A stretch of 64,000 nucleotides of DNA from Pseudomonadota bacterium (GTDB lineage: Bacteria; Pseudomonadota; Alphaproteobacteria; Rhodobacterales; Rhodobacteraceae). The notes beneath the pieces are model-generated. The model was given only the letters and a program-made list of their open reading frames with translations, was not told the origin of the DNA and ran no database searches. The position numbers and the translations under genes were made by a program. Each line of letters starts with the position of its first letter. Positions within the stretch are counted from its first letter, which is position 1. Below are positions 26,058 to 36,286 of this stretch, piece after piece. The stretch covers positions 16,231 to 80,230 of the forward strand of contig JAIUPC010000023.1 of assembly GCA_020161655.1 (NCBI GenBank). The letters are read 5' to 3'.

Positions 26058-27824
26058 ATGAACCGGTTCATCATCGCCGTGACCGCCGCGCTTTGCGTCG
26101 CCGGAGCGGCTTATGCCGAGGTCACGGAAGAAGACATCGCCAACGACCAGACGTCCACAGGGGACGTCGTGACCAATGGCATGGGCCGCAGCCTGCAGCG
26201 CTACAGCCCGCTCGACATTCTCAACAAGGAGAACGTCAAGAACCTGCTGCCGGCCTGGGCCTTCTCGCTCGGGGGGGAAAAGCAGCGCGGGCAGGAAACC
26301 CAGCCGCTGGTCAGTGACGGCGTGATGTACATCACCGGATCCTATTCACGGCTATATGCGATCGACCTCAAGACCGGCAAGGAGCTTTGGCAGTTCGACG
26401 CCCGCCTGCCGGAAGGCATCCTGCCCTGCTGCGACGTCATCAACCGTGGCGCCGCGATCTACAAGGACAAGGTCTATTTCGGCACGCTCGACGCCCGCAT
26501 CGTCGCGCTGAACGCCAAGACCGGCGACGTGGTCTGGAACAAGAAGATCGCCGAATACAAGGAAGGCTACAGCTACACCGCGGCCCCTCTCATCGTGAAC
26601 GGCCTTGTCATCACCGGAAACTCGGGTGGTGAGTTCGGAATCATCGGCGAAGTGCAGGCCCGCGATGCCGAAACCGGCGAAACGGTCTGGACCCGCCCGG
26701 TGATCGAAGGCCACATGGGCACGCTGAACGGCAAGGAAAGCACCATGACCGGGACGCTGAACGCGACCTGGCCGGGCGATCTCTGGAAAACCGGCGGCGG
26801 CGCCACCTGGCTTGGCGGCTCCTATGACATCGAGACGGATACGCTCGTCTTCGGCGCCGGCAACCCGGCCCCGTGGAATTCCTGGCTCCGCAACGCCGGC
26901 ACGCCAGTCGAAGGCAATACCGGTGACAACCTCTATGCCGCCTCGCGCATCGGCATCGACCCGAAGACCGGCGAGATCAAGTGGCACTACCAGACCACGC
27001 CGCGCGAAGGCTGGGACTATGACGGCGTGAACGAGGTCGTGGCCTTCGCCGACAAGGACGGCAACAAGAAGTATGCCACTGCCGACCGCAACGGCTTCTT
27101 CTACATCCTCAACCGCGAGGACGGGAAGTTCATGAACGCCTGGCCCTTCGTGAAGGACATTTCCTGGGCCAGCGGCATCGACGAAACCGGCCGCCCGATC
27201 TACAATGAGGAAAACCGCCCCGGTGATCCTTCCAAGGCGGCTGACGGCGGCAAGGGCGAGGTCGTCTTCGCCTCTCCGTCCTTCCTCGGTGGCAAGAACT
27301 GGATGCCGATGGCCTATAGCCAGAAGACCGGCCTCTTCTACGTGCCCTCGAACGAGTGGGGCATGGACATCTGGAACGAGCCGATCACCTACAAGAAGGG
27401 CGCGGCCTACCTCGGCTCCGGCTTCACCATCAAGCCGAACTACGAGGACCACATCGGCTCACTCAAGGCGATCGACCCGGCCACCGGCGAATGGAAGTGG
27501 GAAGTGAAAAACGAGGCCCCGCTCTGGGGTGGCGTCATGACCACCGCCGGCGGCCTCGTGTTCTACGGCACGCCGGAAGGCGAGTTCCGGGCGCTTGATG
27601 ATGAGACCGGCGAAGTCCTCTGGTCGTTCCAGACCGGCTCCGGCATCGTCGGCCAGCCGATCACCTGGGACCAGGACGGCGAGCAGTATGTCTCGGTCGT
27701 CTCCGGCTGGGGCGGTGCGGTTCCGCTCTGGGGCGGCGAGGTGGCCAAGAAGGTCAACTACCTGAACCAGGGTGGCACCGTCTGGACCTTCAAACTGCCG
27801 AAACAGCTCGCCTCAGCGAACTGA
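26058..27824 (+). CDS. PQQ-dependent (quinoprotein) alcohol dehydrogenase, type I, with lanthanide-type D-Y-D signature
   Basis: Signal peptide [20 protein letters not shown]. Vicinal disulfide LPCCDV (26427-26432), W-docking propeller repeats, and WDYDGVNE (D-Y-D codons 27015-27023). The track ORF start at 25473 is rejected. Confidence 0.9.
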   Translation: MNRFIIAVTAALCVAGAAYAEVTEEDIANDQTSTGDVVTNGMGRSLQRYSPLDILNKENVKNLLPAWAFSLGGEKQRGQETQPLVSDGVMYITGSYSRLYAIDLKTGKELWQFDARLPEGILPCCDVINRGAAIYKDKVYFGTLDARIVALNAKTGDVVWNKKIAEYKEGYSYTAAPLIVNGLVITGNSGGEFGIIGEVQARDAETGETVWTRPVIEGHMGTLNGKESTMTGTLNATWPGDLWKTGGGATWLGGSYDIETDTLVFGAGNPAPWNSWLRNAGTPVEGNTGDNLYAASRIGIDPKTGEIKWHYQTTPREGWDYDGVNEVVAFADKDGNKKYATADRNGFFYILNREDGKFMNAWPFVKDISWASGIDETGRPIYNEENRPGDPSKAADGGKGEVVFASPSFLGGKNWMPMAYSQKTGLFYVPSNEWGMDIWNEPITYKKGAAYLGSGFTIKPNYEDHIGSLKAIDPATGEWKWEVKNEAPLWGGVMTTAGGLVFYGTPEGEFRALDDETGEVLWSFQTGSGIVGQPITWDQDGEQYVSVVSGWGGAVPLWGGEVAKKVNYLNQGGTVWTFKLPKQLASAN

Positions 27825-27847
27825 GACCGGACACATCGGGCAGAGGG

Positions 27848-27880
27848 GGCGCGCGCCGAAAGGTGCGCGCCTTCTTCGTT
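27848..27880 (+). terminator. Rho-independent terminator after the PQQ-ADH gene
   Basis: GGCGCGCGCC-gaaa-GGTGCGCGCC (10-bp stem with one G-U pair) followed by TTCTTCGTTT. Confidence 0.7.
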
Positions 27881-28005
27881 TGCGCAGTCGCATGGGACCG
27901 CCCGTAGCCGCGCCTAACCTGGTTTTCACCGTCAGTAGTCAGATCGCCCCTTGTGCGAATCGGCAACTTCCTGCAAGTTGACTGGACAACTTTGCGAGGT
28001 TGCCC

Positions 28006-28788
28006 ATGCCACCCACTCCTGACGAGCCGCTTTATGCCCAGTTGACCGCGATGCTGCGCGACCGCATTGCCGGCATGCGGCCGGGCGAGAAGATCTGGTC
28101 CGAGCCGCGCCTGGCGAAGGATCTGGGCGTCAGCCGCTTCACCGTGGCCCGCGCCATCGAACAGCTGGTGCGCGACGGGCTGGTCGTCCGGCGGCAAGGC
28201 AGCGGCACCTATGTTGCCGAACAGGTCATGCGGCAGTTGCCGAGCGTCCTTCTCGGCTTTGCGGAAGCGGTTGCCGCCTCCGGCCAGAACAGCAGCCAGG
28301 AATTGCGGAGCTTCGCCCCGGTGCGCTGGCGCCCGGACTATCCCTATCCCGAAAGCGAGGGGCTTTTTCTCCTTGACCGTCTCAGGCTGGTGAACGGGCG
28401 CAGGATGGCCTGGCACCGCTCTGTCCTGTCGCGGAGCATCGTCACTGAGACCGGGCTGGACGAAGCCGCGATCACCACCTCCGGCTTCTCGCTCTACCGG
28501 CATCTGGAAGAGCACGGCCACCGCGCCGAAAGCGCCGAGGAATCCTTCCATGCGAGGCTCGCCACCCCCGAAGAAGCAGCGCTTCTCGACCTGCCCGAAC
28601 CGGCGGCGGTGATCAGCGTGCGCCGGGTGACGCGCGACGCCCAGCGCACCGTGATCGACTTCGTCGAGGCGCTCTACGACGCCCGCGCCTACAGCTACCG
28701 CGCCGATCTGCAGCGCGGCGGACAATCCGCACTTGTCAATCTTTCAAAGGGAGAAACCGATGTTCTGCAAACCGGCCTTCGCCGCTAG
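28006..28788 (+). CDS. GntR-family transcriptional regulator (HutC-like, UTRA effector domain)
   Basis: N-terminal wHTH (PLYAQLTAMLRDRIAG...GEKIWSEPRLAKDLGVSRFTVARAIEQLVRDGLVVRRQGSGTYV) plus a roughly 170-aa C-terminal domain. TTG 28000 is an alternative start. Confidence 0.85.
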   Translation: MPPTPDEPLYAQLTAMLRDRIAGMRPGEKIWSEPRLAKDLGVSRFTVARAIEQLVRDGLVVRRQGSGTYVAEQVMRQLPSVLLGFAEAVAASGQNSSQELRSFAPVRWRPDYPYPESEGLFLLDRLRLVNGRRMAWHRSVLSRSIVTETGLDEAAITTSGFSLYRHLEEHGHRAESAEESFHARLATPEEAALLDLPEPAAVISVRRVTRDAQRTVIDFVEALYDARAYSYRADLQRGGQSALVNLSKGETDVLQTGLRR

Positions 28789-29788
28789 CACTGCCCTCGC
28801 GCTGCTTTTTGCAGCACCCGCCTTTGCCGAAGGCCGGCCGGCGGCGCTCATCATCTCGCAGTCGGGTCTGGGCGACCAGAGCTACAACGACCTCGCCTAT
28901 GCCGGGTTCGAGCGCGCCCTCGCCTCGACCGGGATCGAGGGCCGGACGGTCGAAAGCAAGGAGGTCGTGGCCCAGGCCGACGAGATCCTGCGCCGCGCCT
29001 CGGACGCCGGCTTCGGGCTGATCCTCGACCTGGAGTTCGCGCATGGCGAGCCGATCGCCGCTGTCGCCAAGGACTACCCCGACATCAACTACGTGATCCT
29101 GAACCAGGTGGTCCCGGGCGACAACATCGCCTCGGTCGTGTTCCGCGAAGAGGAAGGCTCCTACCTCGCCGGGGTTCTCGCCGCGCAGATGACCACGCTT
29201 CCCGGCGTCGAAGGGATCAACGAACAGCCCATCCTCGGCGTGATCGGCGGCACCAAATCGGCCGGGATCGACAAGTTCATCGTCGGCTTCATCGAAGGGG
29301 CGATGTCCGTGAACCCCGATATCGACGTGAAGGTCGGCTATTCGAACAACTTCGCCGATCCTGCGGTCGGGATGCAGATGGCCAATGCCATGTACGATGA
29401 TGGCGCCGACATCGTCTATCACATCGCCGGCGGCACCGGCATCGGCGTGATCGAGGCCGCAAAGGAACGCGGCGCCTTCGCCATCGGCGTCGACACCGAT
29501 CAGGACGGGCTGGCGCCGGGCCATGTGCTGACCTCGATGGTGAAGCGCGGCGATGTCGCGGTCGAGCGCATCGTCGCCGATTATGCCGGCGACAAGTTCC
29601 CGAAGGGGCAGACCATCTCGCTTGGCCTCGCCGAGGATGGCGTCGGCCTTTCGCCGATGGAGCATACCAAGGACATCATTCCCGCCGACGTCATGGCAAA
29701 GGTCGATGCCGCCAGGGCCGGCATCCTCGACGGGTCGATCAAGGTCTGGGACGTGCTTTCGCAGGGCGCGCCCGACTATCTGAAGTAG
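28760..29788 (+). CDS. BMP-family (PnrA/Med-like) ABC substrate-binding protein
   Basis: Signal peptide MFCKPAFAASTALALLFAAPAFA. BMP-type motifs (GLGDQSYNDLAYAG, VIGGTKS, GVDTDQ). GGGAGA lies upstream of ATG 28760, which overlaps the 3' end of gntR. Confidence 0.85.
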   Translation: MFCKPAFAASTALALLFAAPAFAEGRPAALIISQSGLGDQSYNDLAYAGFERALASTGIEGRTVESKEVVAQADEILRRASDAGFGLILDLEFAHGEPIAAVAKDYPDINYVILNQVVPGDNIASVVFREEEGSYLAGVLAAQMTTLPGVEGINEQPILGVIGGTKSAGIDKFIVGFIEGAMSVNPDIDVKVGYSNNFADPAVGMQMANAMYDDGADIVYHIAGGTGIGVIEAAKERGAFAIGVDTDQDGLAPGHVLTSMVKRGDVAVERIVADYAGDKFPKGQTISLGLAEDGVGLSPMEHTKDIIPADVMAKVDAARAGILDGSIKVWDVLSQGAPDYLK

Positions 29789-29810
29789 GCCGCACGGGCA
29801 GGGTCAGGTC

Positions 29811-31349
29811 ATGAGCGAGATGAAACAGGCTGATGCGGCCAGGGGGCCGCGTCTCGGCGGGCAGGGGCTTTCCAAAAGCTTCGGCCCGCTCATGGCGAAC
29901 GACCGCATCGACTTTGTCGCGCGGCGTGGCACCATCCATGCCATCGTCGGCGGCAATGGCGCGGGGAAATCCACGCTCATGAACATCCTTCAGGGGTTGC
30001 TGACCCCTGACGCGGGCACGGTCCTGGTGAATGGCGCGCCTGTCGCCTTCCGCAGCCCCAATGATGCGATCCGCGCCGGGATCGGCATGGTGCATCAGGA
30101 ATTCACGCTGATCCCCGGCCTGACGCTTCTGGAAAACCTCATCCTCGGCGCCGAGCCGCGCCGGGGTCTTGGCGCCATCGACCGTCAGGCCGCCGAGGCG
30201 CGCGCCGCGGCGCTGGCCGAGCTTGCCGGCGTCCGCATCGACTGGTCGCTGACGGAAGAGGATGCGCCCGTCCACATGCGCCAGGCCGTCGAGATTCTGC
30301 GCCTGATCTACCGGGGCGCGGATGTTCTCATCCTTGATGAGCCGACGGCAGTTCTCGCGCCGCCGCAGATCCGCGAGCTTCTGGCCCTGATGCGGAACCT
30401 CCGCGAAAAGGGCAACACCATCCTCTTCATCAGCCACAAGCTTGATGAGGTGCTGGCGGTGGCCGATGAGGTCACCGTGCTGCGTTCGGGCCGCGTCGTC
30501 GTCTCGCGCCCCGCCGAGGGGCTGGACAAGGCCGAACTGGCTCGCCTGATGACCGGGGAACCGGTCGAGGCGCCGACGGCGAAACCCGCTCTGCCGGGCG
30601 CCGCGGTCCTTGAACTTGACCGCATCGGCGCCGGCGGCGAAGGCGCCGTGGCGTTTCAGGATTTCTCACTGACGCTTCGCGCCGGCGAAATCGTCGGCAT
30701 CGCCGGCGTCGCGGGCAATGGTCAGGATGAGATTGTCGGCCTCGTTTCTGGCATGATGCCGGCGGCAAGGGGCGCGATCCGCCTTGCCGGGCAGGACATC
30801 ACCCGCCATTCGACCCGCGAAAGACGGGCGCTGGGGCTGGCCTACCTGTCGCCCGACCGCAAGAAGGAAGGGCTTTGCCTTGATGCCTCGATCGCGGACA
30901 ACCTCATCGCCTCGCATCAGCACAAGCCGCGCTTTGCTGCGCAGGGGTTTCTGAAACCCCGCGCCATCGCCGATTTCGCCGCCGAGCGTGTTGCAGCCTT
31001 CGAGATCAAATGCGCCTCGCCGCGCCAGCCGGTGCGCGCGCTTTCGGGCGGCAACCAGCAGAAGGTCGCTATGGCGCGCGAGCTTTACGACAACCCCCGT
31101 GTGCTTCTGGCCTGCCAGCCGACACGCGGTGTCGATATCCGCGGCATCGCCGCCATCCATGAGGAAATCCTCGGCTTCCGCGACAGCGGTGGCGCCGTGC
31201 TTCTGATCTCGGAAGAGCTGGAGGAGCTGGTGCAGCTTTCGGACCGTATCGTGACGATCTACAGCGGCCGCATCACCGGAGAGTTTCCCCGTGGCGGTGC
31301 CGGGATGGAACGGATCGGCCGCACCATGCTGGGCGAGGTGGCGGCATGA
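29811..31349 (+). CDS. ABC transporter ATP-binding protein (duplicated ATPase, sugar/nucleoside type)
   Basis: 512 aa with Walker A GGNGAGKST and a second degenerate NBD with LSGGNQQK. Confidence 0.9.
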   Translation: MSEMKQADAARGPRLGGQGLSKSFGPLMANDRIDFVARRGTIHAIVGGNGAGKSTLMNILQGLLTPDAGTVLVNGAPVAFRSPNDAIRAGIGMVHQEFTLIPGLTLLENLILGAEPRRGLGAIDRQAAEARAAALAELAGVRIDWSLTEEDAPVHMRQAVEILRLIYRGADVLILDEPTAVLAPPQIRELLALMRNLREKGNTILFISHKLDEVLAVADEVTVLRSGRVVVSRPAEGLDKAELARLMTGEPVEAPTAKPALPGAAVLELDRIGAGGEGAVAFQDFSLTLRAGEIVGIAGVAGNGQDEIVGLVSGMMPAARGAIRLAGQDITRHSTRERRALGLAYLSPDRKKEGLCLDASIADNLIASHQHKPRFAAQGFLKPRAIADFAAERVAAFEIKCASPRQPVRALSGGNQQKVAMARELYDNPRVLLACQPTRGVDIRGIAAIHEEILGFRDSGGAVLLISEELEELVQLSDRIVTIYSGRITGEFPRGGAGMERIGRTMLGEVAA

Positions 31350-32401
31350 AATCCCTGCAAGCGGCGCTGACCATCCTCTTCCCCATCGCCATCGTTCTTC
31401 TGATCGGCGCGGCGGCCCTTCTGGCGGCAGGGCATGATCCCGTGGCCGTCTATGCCGACCTGATGACCGAGGCCTTCGGCGGCACCCGCCGCATCGCCGC
31501 GTCGCTTTCGGCGGCAACGCCCCTGATCTTCACCGGCCTCGCCGCCGCCGTCGCCTTCCGCGTCGGGGTCTTCACCGTGGGGGCGGAGGGGTCGCTTTAC
31601 GTCGGCGCGCTGATGGCGGCCTGGCTCGGCTTCACCCTGACGGGACTGAACGGCTGGCTCCTCGCGCCGCTTTGCCTTCTGGCGGGGACGGTGGCGGGCA
31701 CGCTCTGGATGCTGCCGCCGGGCCTGATGAAGGCGCGGCTTGGCATTGATGAGATCGTGACGACGCTGATGCTGAACTTCATCGCCATCGGCCTGACGAC
31801 CTGGCTCGTGAACGGCCCCTTGCTGGCGCCCGGTGCGGCCAACAGCTCCACCCCGCAGGTGGTTGAGACGGCGCGGCTGACGCGGCTGATGCCGCCAAGC
31901 ACGCTGACCACCGGCTTCCTGATCGCGCTGGCGCTGCTTTTTGCCTACGCCTTCTGGCAACGCCGCCGCGTCGGCGGGTACGAGACGCTGATCGGCGGCC
32001 TCGCCCCGCGCTTCGCCGGCGCCTCGGGTATCGACATGCCGGGGCTGATGCTGCGGATGCTCCTCCTGTCGGGCGCCATCGCCGGCTTGGGTGGGGCGCT
32101 GCAGGTCCTTGGCCCCATCGGCCGTTTCGTCGCCGGGTTTTCGACCGGCTACGGCTTTACCGGCATCGCGGTCGCCATCCTCGCGCGCGGCAATCCCTTC
32201 GGCATCCTGATCGGGGCCGTCCTCTTTGGCGGGCTTTCGACAGCCGGGGCGACGATCCAGCTATTCAGCGACGTGCCGATCGAGATCGTCAACATCCTGC
32301 AGGGCCTCATCATGATCTTTGCCGTCGCCGATTTCGGCCTGCGCGGCTGGTTTGCGCGCCGGGCAGGCCGACAGGCCGCCAACGGAGGAGCAACGCCATG
32401 A
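31346..32401 (+). CDS. ABC transporter permease
   Basis: 351 aa, polytopic. ATGA overlap with the ATPase gene. Confidence 0.85.
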   Translation: MKSLQAALTILFPIAIVLLIGAAALLAAGHDPVAVYADLMTEAFGGTRRIAASLSAATPLIFTGLAAAVAFRVGVFTVGAEGSLYVGALMAAWLGFTLTGLNGWLLAPLCLLAGTVAGTLWMLPPGLMKARLGIDEIVTTLMLNFIAIGLTTWLVNGPLLAPGAANSSTPQVVETARLTRLMPPSTLTTGFLIALALLFAYAFWQRRRVGGYETLIGGLAPRFAGASGIDMPGLMLRMLLLSGAIAGLGGALQVLGPIGRFVAGFSTGYGFTGIAVAILARGNPFGILIGAVLFGGLSTAGATIQLFSDVPIEIVNILQGLIMIFAVADFGLRGWFARRAGRQAANGGATP

Positions 32402-33294
32402 TCACCGAGATCCTGTTTTCGGCGCTGGTGATGACGACGCCCCTGGTCCTTGCCTCACTTGGCGGGCTCATCCACCGCAGTTCCGGCATCGTCAACGTCG
32501 GGCTTGACGGCATGATGCTTCTTGGCGCGCTGGTGGCGCTGATCCTGGCCTCGGGCGGCAACTGGGCGGTGGCCCTTGTCGGCGCGGCGCTGTCGGCGGG
32601 GGTGGCCGGCTGGCTGATGAGCCTTGGCATCACCCGTCTCAGCGCTAATGAGATCATCGTGGGCCTCGGCCTCAACATCGCCATCGCCGGGGCGGTTCGC
32701 TTTTATCTCAAGGCGGCCTACGGGTCTTCGGGCAACCTCAGGCTGCCCGACGTCTCGCGCCTGCCGAAGATCGATCTGCCGCTGCCCGGCCCCTTCGGCG
32801 CGGTGCTTTCGGGGCATTCGGTCCTGACCTGGATCGCCTGGGCGCTGGTGCCGCTGACGGCCTGGGTGCTGACACGGACCGCCCTTGGCCTCCGCTTGCG
32901 TGCCTGCGGCACCTCGGCTGTCTCCTCGGCTGCCATCGGCCTGCATCCGAAGCGGATGCGCGAAGGCGCGGGCTTCGTCGCCGGGGCGCTTTCCGGCCTC
33001 GCCGGGGCCTATCTCTCCATCGGCGTCGTCGGCCTTTTCAACGAAGGCATCACTGGCGGGCGCGGCTTCATCGCGCTCGCCGCCTTCTACTTCGGGGCCA
33101 ACCGGCCCTGGGCGACCGCCGCCTGCGCGCTGCTCTTCGGCATCTTCGATGCCGTGCAGATCCGCCTGCAGGGCCGGGGTTTCCCCGCCGAACTGATCCA
33201 GACGCTTCCCTACATCATGGTCTGCGTCGTGCTGCTGCTTCTGGGGCTGGCGGCGCGGCGTCGCGCTGAAGGAAAGGCCGCTTCCCATGGCTGA
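32398..33294 (+). CDS. ABC transporter permease
   Basis: 298 aa, polytopic. ATGA overlap with the preceding permease. Confidence 0.85.
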   Translation: MITEILFSALVMTTPLVLASLGGLIHRSSGIVNVGLDGMMLLGALVALILASGGNWAVALVGAALSAGVAGWLMSLGITRLSANEIIVGLGLNIAIAGAVRFYLKAAYGSSGNLRLPDVSRLPKIDLPLPGPFGAVLSGHSVLTWIAWALVPLTAWVLTRTALGLRLRACGTSAVSSAAIGLHPKRMREGAGFVAGALSGLAGAYLSIGVVGLFNEGITGGRGFIALAAFYFGANRPWATAACALLFGIFDAVQIRLQGRGFPAELIQTLPYIMVCVVLLLLGLAARRRAEGKAASHG

Positions 33295-33859
33295 TATCGC
33301 ACCCCGTCCGAAAACCGCGCTGATCCTTGTCGACGTGATCAAGTCGTTCTTCGACCCGCAGCACCCGAACTACTACCCCGGCGTGACGAATGTGCTGGAA
33401 CCGATGCGCCAGATGCGGGCGAAGGCACGCGAGACGGGCGCCATCGTGGTTCATGCCGTCGAACGCCACCGCAAGGGCTTTGACGATCACGAATGGCGCC
33501 GCCTGCCGGTCCACCATATCGAGGGCGCCGACGATGCCGCCTTCTTCGAGGAGTTCTTCCCCGAGGGCGAGAATGAGACGCTCGTGCTGAAGCGGCGGTT
33601 CAGCGCCTTCTTCGCCACCGACCTTGCGCTTTTTCTGCAGGAACAGGGCGTGACCCGCATCATCGTGGCGGGGGTAAAGACCAACGTCTGCATCCGCGCC
33701 ACCGCGCAGGACGGTTTCGCCAACGGCTTCGATGTCGTGATCGCGCGCGAGGCGACGAATTCGAACCGCGCCCATCTGGCCGAAGCCTCGCTTGAGGATA
33801 TCGACCGCTACATCGGCCGCGTCGTGCCCCTGGCCGAGGCGCTGGAGATGCTGGAATGA
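33287..33859 (+). CDS. Isochorismatase-family cysteine hydrolase (amidohydrolase)
   Basis: 190 aa with ALILVDV (Asp), LKRRFSAFF (Lys) and GVKTNVCIRAT (Cys), giving a D-K-C triad. Confidence 0.82.
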   Translation: MADIAPRPKTALILVDVIKSFFDPQHPNYYPGVTNVLEPMRQMRAKARETGAIVVHAVERHRKGFDDHEWRRLPVHHIEGADDAAFFEEFFPEGENETLVLKRRFSAFFATDLALFLQEQGVTRIIVAGVKTNVCIRATAQDGFANGFDVVIAREATNSNRAHLAEASLEDIDRYIGRVVPLAEALEMLE

Positions 33860-34743
33860 CCGGCAGCTCGACCCCGGCGCGCGTGGCGGTGATCGGCTAT
33901 GCCTCGCTCGACCACATGGCGTTTCTCGACCGTGCCGCCCGGCCGGGGCAGACCGCGACGATGATCGGGCGGCGGGCCGAAAGCTGGCCGCGCCTTGGCG
34001 GCAGCCCGGCCTATGTCGCGGCGGGCCTTGCGCGGGCCGGCGTCAGCGCCGCGCCGATCACCTGGATCGGCGATGATGCCGGGGGCCGGGCCTACGGCGA
34101 CAAGCTTGCGGCGGAGGGGGCTTCCCGCGCCGGCCTCGCGGTCGTCGAGGGTGCTGCGACGCCGATGGCGATCCTGACCTATGATCCCGATGGCGGCTGC
34201 ATCTGCCTTTTCGATCCCGGTGTTCCCGATGCCGAAGGGCTTTCGCCCGGACAGGCCGCGGTCCTTGCCGGGGCCGACTGGCTCTGCATCACCATAGGCC
34301 CGGAAGGTGCTACCCGCGCGGCGCTCGCCGCCTTGCGGCCTGACCAGCGGCTGATGTGGGTGGTCAAGTACGACCCACGCGCCATCCCGCCCGACCTCGC
34401 CCACGCCATTGCCGCCCGCGCCGATGTGATCTGCCACAGCGCCGCCGAGGCCGATTTCGTCGCCGGAGCCGGGGCCGCATCACCCCGCAAAGGCCAGACC
34501 ATCATTCGCACCGCCGCCGCGGCGGGTGCGACGATCATGACCGCCACCGGCACACATCAAGTTGTGGCAGAGCCCCTCAGCGTCACCGACCCGACCGGCG
34601 CCGGCGACAGCTTTGCCGGCGGCGTTCTCGCCGCCCTCGCCAAGGGCGAAACCGACCCCGAGACAATCGTGAAAGCCGGCCACGCGGCAGCCCGTCAGGT
34701 GCTGGCCACGCGGCAGGCAAGACAGACTGGAGAGAAGACGTGA
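33856..34743 (+). CDS. PfkB-family carbohydrate/nucleoside kinase
   Basis: 295 aa with an LGGSPAY-type N-terminal motif and DPTGAGDSFAGG near the C-terminus. ATGA overlap upstream. Confidence 0.85.
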   Translation: MTGSSTPARVAVIGYASLDHMAFLDRAARPGQTATMIGRRAESWPRLGGSPAYVAAGLARAGVSAAPITWIGDDAGGRAYGDKLAAEGASRAGLAVVEGAATPMAILTYDPDGGCICLFDPGVPDAEGLSPGQAAVLAGADWLCITIGPEGATRAALAALRPDQRLMWVVKYDPRAIPPDLAHAIAARADVICHSAAEADFVAGAGAASPRKGQTIIRTAAAAGATIMTATGTHQVVAEPLSVTDPTGAGDSFAGGVLAALAKGETDPETIVKAGHAAARQVLATRQARQTGEKT

Positions 34744-35492
34744 CCGATCAGGCAACCGACAAGGCATGGTACATCGGGGCGACCCGCGACGACGTCGGCA
34801 AGGCCGCCATTCTGATCGGCGACCCCGCCCGCGTCGACCGCATCGCGCTGAAGATGACCGACGTGCACAGGGTGCCGGAAAACCGCGGCCTGAAGACGAT
34901 CACCGGCAGCTATGACGGTAAACGGATCACCGTTTCGGCCTTCGGCATGGGTGCGCCCATCGCCACCATCGTCCTTCATGAGCTTTTCGCCGTCGGTGTC
35001 CGCAGCTTCCTGCGCATCGGCACGGCGATGGCAGTGCCGCCGGCGAAACTCGGAGACTTCGTTCTGGCGGATGGCGCGATGCGGGCTGAGGGGACGTCCA
35101 ACACCTATGCGCCGCTCGGCTATCCGGCCATTGCCGATCATGACCTGAACACGACCCTGCGCGGGCTTCTTGCCGCGTCGGACCGGCCCTGGCACGCCGG
35201 CATCTTCGGCACCTATGACGGCTTTTACACCGAGATGTTCGGCATCTCCTCTGGCTCGCGCAGCCTGATCCAGTCGTTGAAGGACGACATTCACCGCATG
35301 GGGCTGATCGGGACCGACATGGAGACATCGGCGCTTCTCGTCGCCGCCCGCATCCTTGGCGCGCGCGCCGGATGCCTCTGCGTCGCGACCGTCGACGCCT
35401 TCGCCCAGACCAAGATTTCAGACGCCGACATGGCGGTGGCCGAAGACCAGATGTTCGATCTGGCCCTGAAAGGCATTGCGCGCTTCGCCTGA
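34740..35492 (+). CDS. Nucleoside phosphorylase (PNP/UDP-1 family, uridine-phosphorylase-like)
   Basis: GTG 34740 overlaps the PfkB stop (GTGA). Motifs include ILIGDPARVDRIA, SAFGMGAPIATIVLHEL, RIGTA and TDMETSAL. The track ORF start at 34356 is rejected. Confidence 0.82.
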   Translation: MTDQATDKAWYIGATRDDVGKAAILIGDPARVDRIALKMTDVHRVPENRGLKTITGSYDGKRITVSAFGMGAPIATIVLHELFAVGVRSFLRIGTAMAVPPAKLGDFVLADGAMRAEGTSNTYAPLGYPAIADHDLNTTLRGLLAASDRPWHAGIFGTYDGFYTEMFGISSGSRSLIQSLKDDIHRMGLIGTDMETSALLVAARILGARAGCLCVATVDAFAQTKISDADMAVAEDQMFDLALKGIARFA

Positions 35493-35517
35493 GGCGCCCT
35501 CACGAAAGGATGAAAAG

Positions 35518-36285
35518 ATGAGCACGATTGTAGACCGCTATTTCCAGACGCTTGCCGAACGGCTTGAGACCGTCCGCGCGACCCAGGGCGATAGCATCGA
35601 CGCCGCCGCCCGGATCGCGGCCGCATCCATCGCCGCCGGCAAGCTCGTCTTCACCTTCGGCACCGGGCACGGCTCGCTGCCGGCGATCGAGAGCTTTCCG
35701 CGCACCGGCACCATCGTCGGCTTCCGGCCCATCGTCGAAAGCTCGATGATCTCCTTCCACCGGGTTCTCGGCGACATGGGCGCACGACAGTACCGCTTCA
35801 TCCATTCGCAGGAAGGCTACGGCAAGGCGATTCTCGCCTCCCACCAGATCGTCAAGGGCGACAGCATGGTGCTCTTCTCGCATTCCGGGATCAACGCGGT
35901 GATCCTCGACATCGCGCTCGACTGCAAGGAACGCGGCATGAAGGTGATCGCCGTCACCTCGATCCCGCATTCCTCGGCGACGCCGTCACGGCATTCCTCG
36001 GGCAAGCGGCTTTACGAAGTGGCGGACGTGGTGATCGACACCCATGCGCCGAAGGCGGATGCCAACCTTCAGATCGAGGGGCTGGAAAGTCCGGTCGGCG
36101 CTTCCTCCACCTCTGTCACCATCGCCATCGCCCATGCGATCAACGCCCGCACGGCGGAGCTTCTGGTGGAACGCGGCATCACCCCGCATGTCATGGTCAG
36201 CCCCAACACCACCGACAAGGTGAAGGCCACGGCGCAGAACGACGACAACTATGCCGAGCTGTGGAAGCGGCTCAGGGACCGCTGA
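35518..36285 (+). CDS. SIS-domain protein (UPF0309-like, function unknown)
   Basis: 255 aa from MSTIVDRYFQ, with GAAAGGA upstream. Carries GKLVFTFGTGHGS and LFSHSGINAV SIS-type motifs. Confidence 0.7.
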   Translation: MSTIVDRYFQTLAERLETVRATQGDSIDAAARIAAASIAAGKLVFTFGTGHGSLPAIESFPRTGTIVGFRPIVESSMISFHRVLGDMGARQYRFIHSQEGYGKAILASHQIVKGDSMVLFSHSGINAVILDIALDCKERGMKVIAVTSIPHSSATPSRHSSGKRLYEVADVVIDTHAPKADANLQIEGLESPVGASSTSVTIAIAHAINARTAELLVERGITPHVMVSPNTTDKVKATAQNDDNYAELWKRLRDR

Positions 36286-36286
36286 G

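Noticed and set aside
25473-27824. 783-aa ORF extending the PQQ-ADH upstream over the cytochrome c gene
   Set aside because: The upstream part is an alternative frame of the cytochrome c gene and intergenic DNA. The signal peptide and an RBS (GGGAGGAAG) define the start at 26058.
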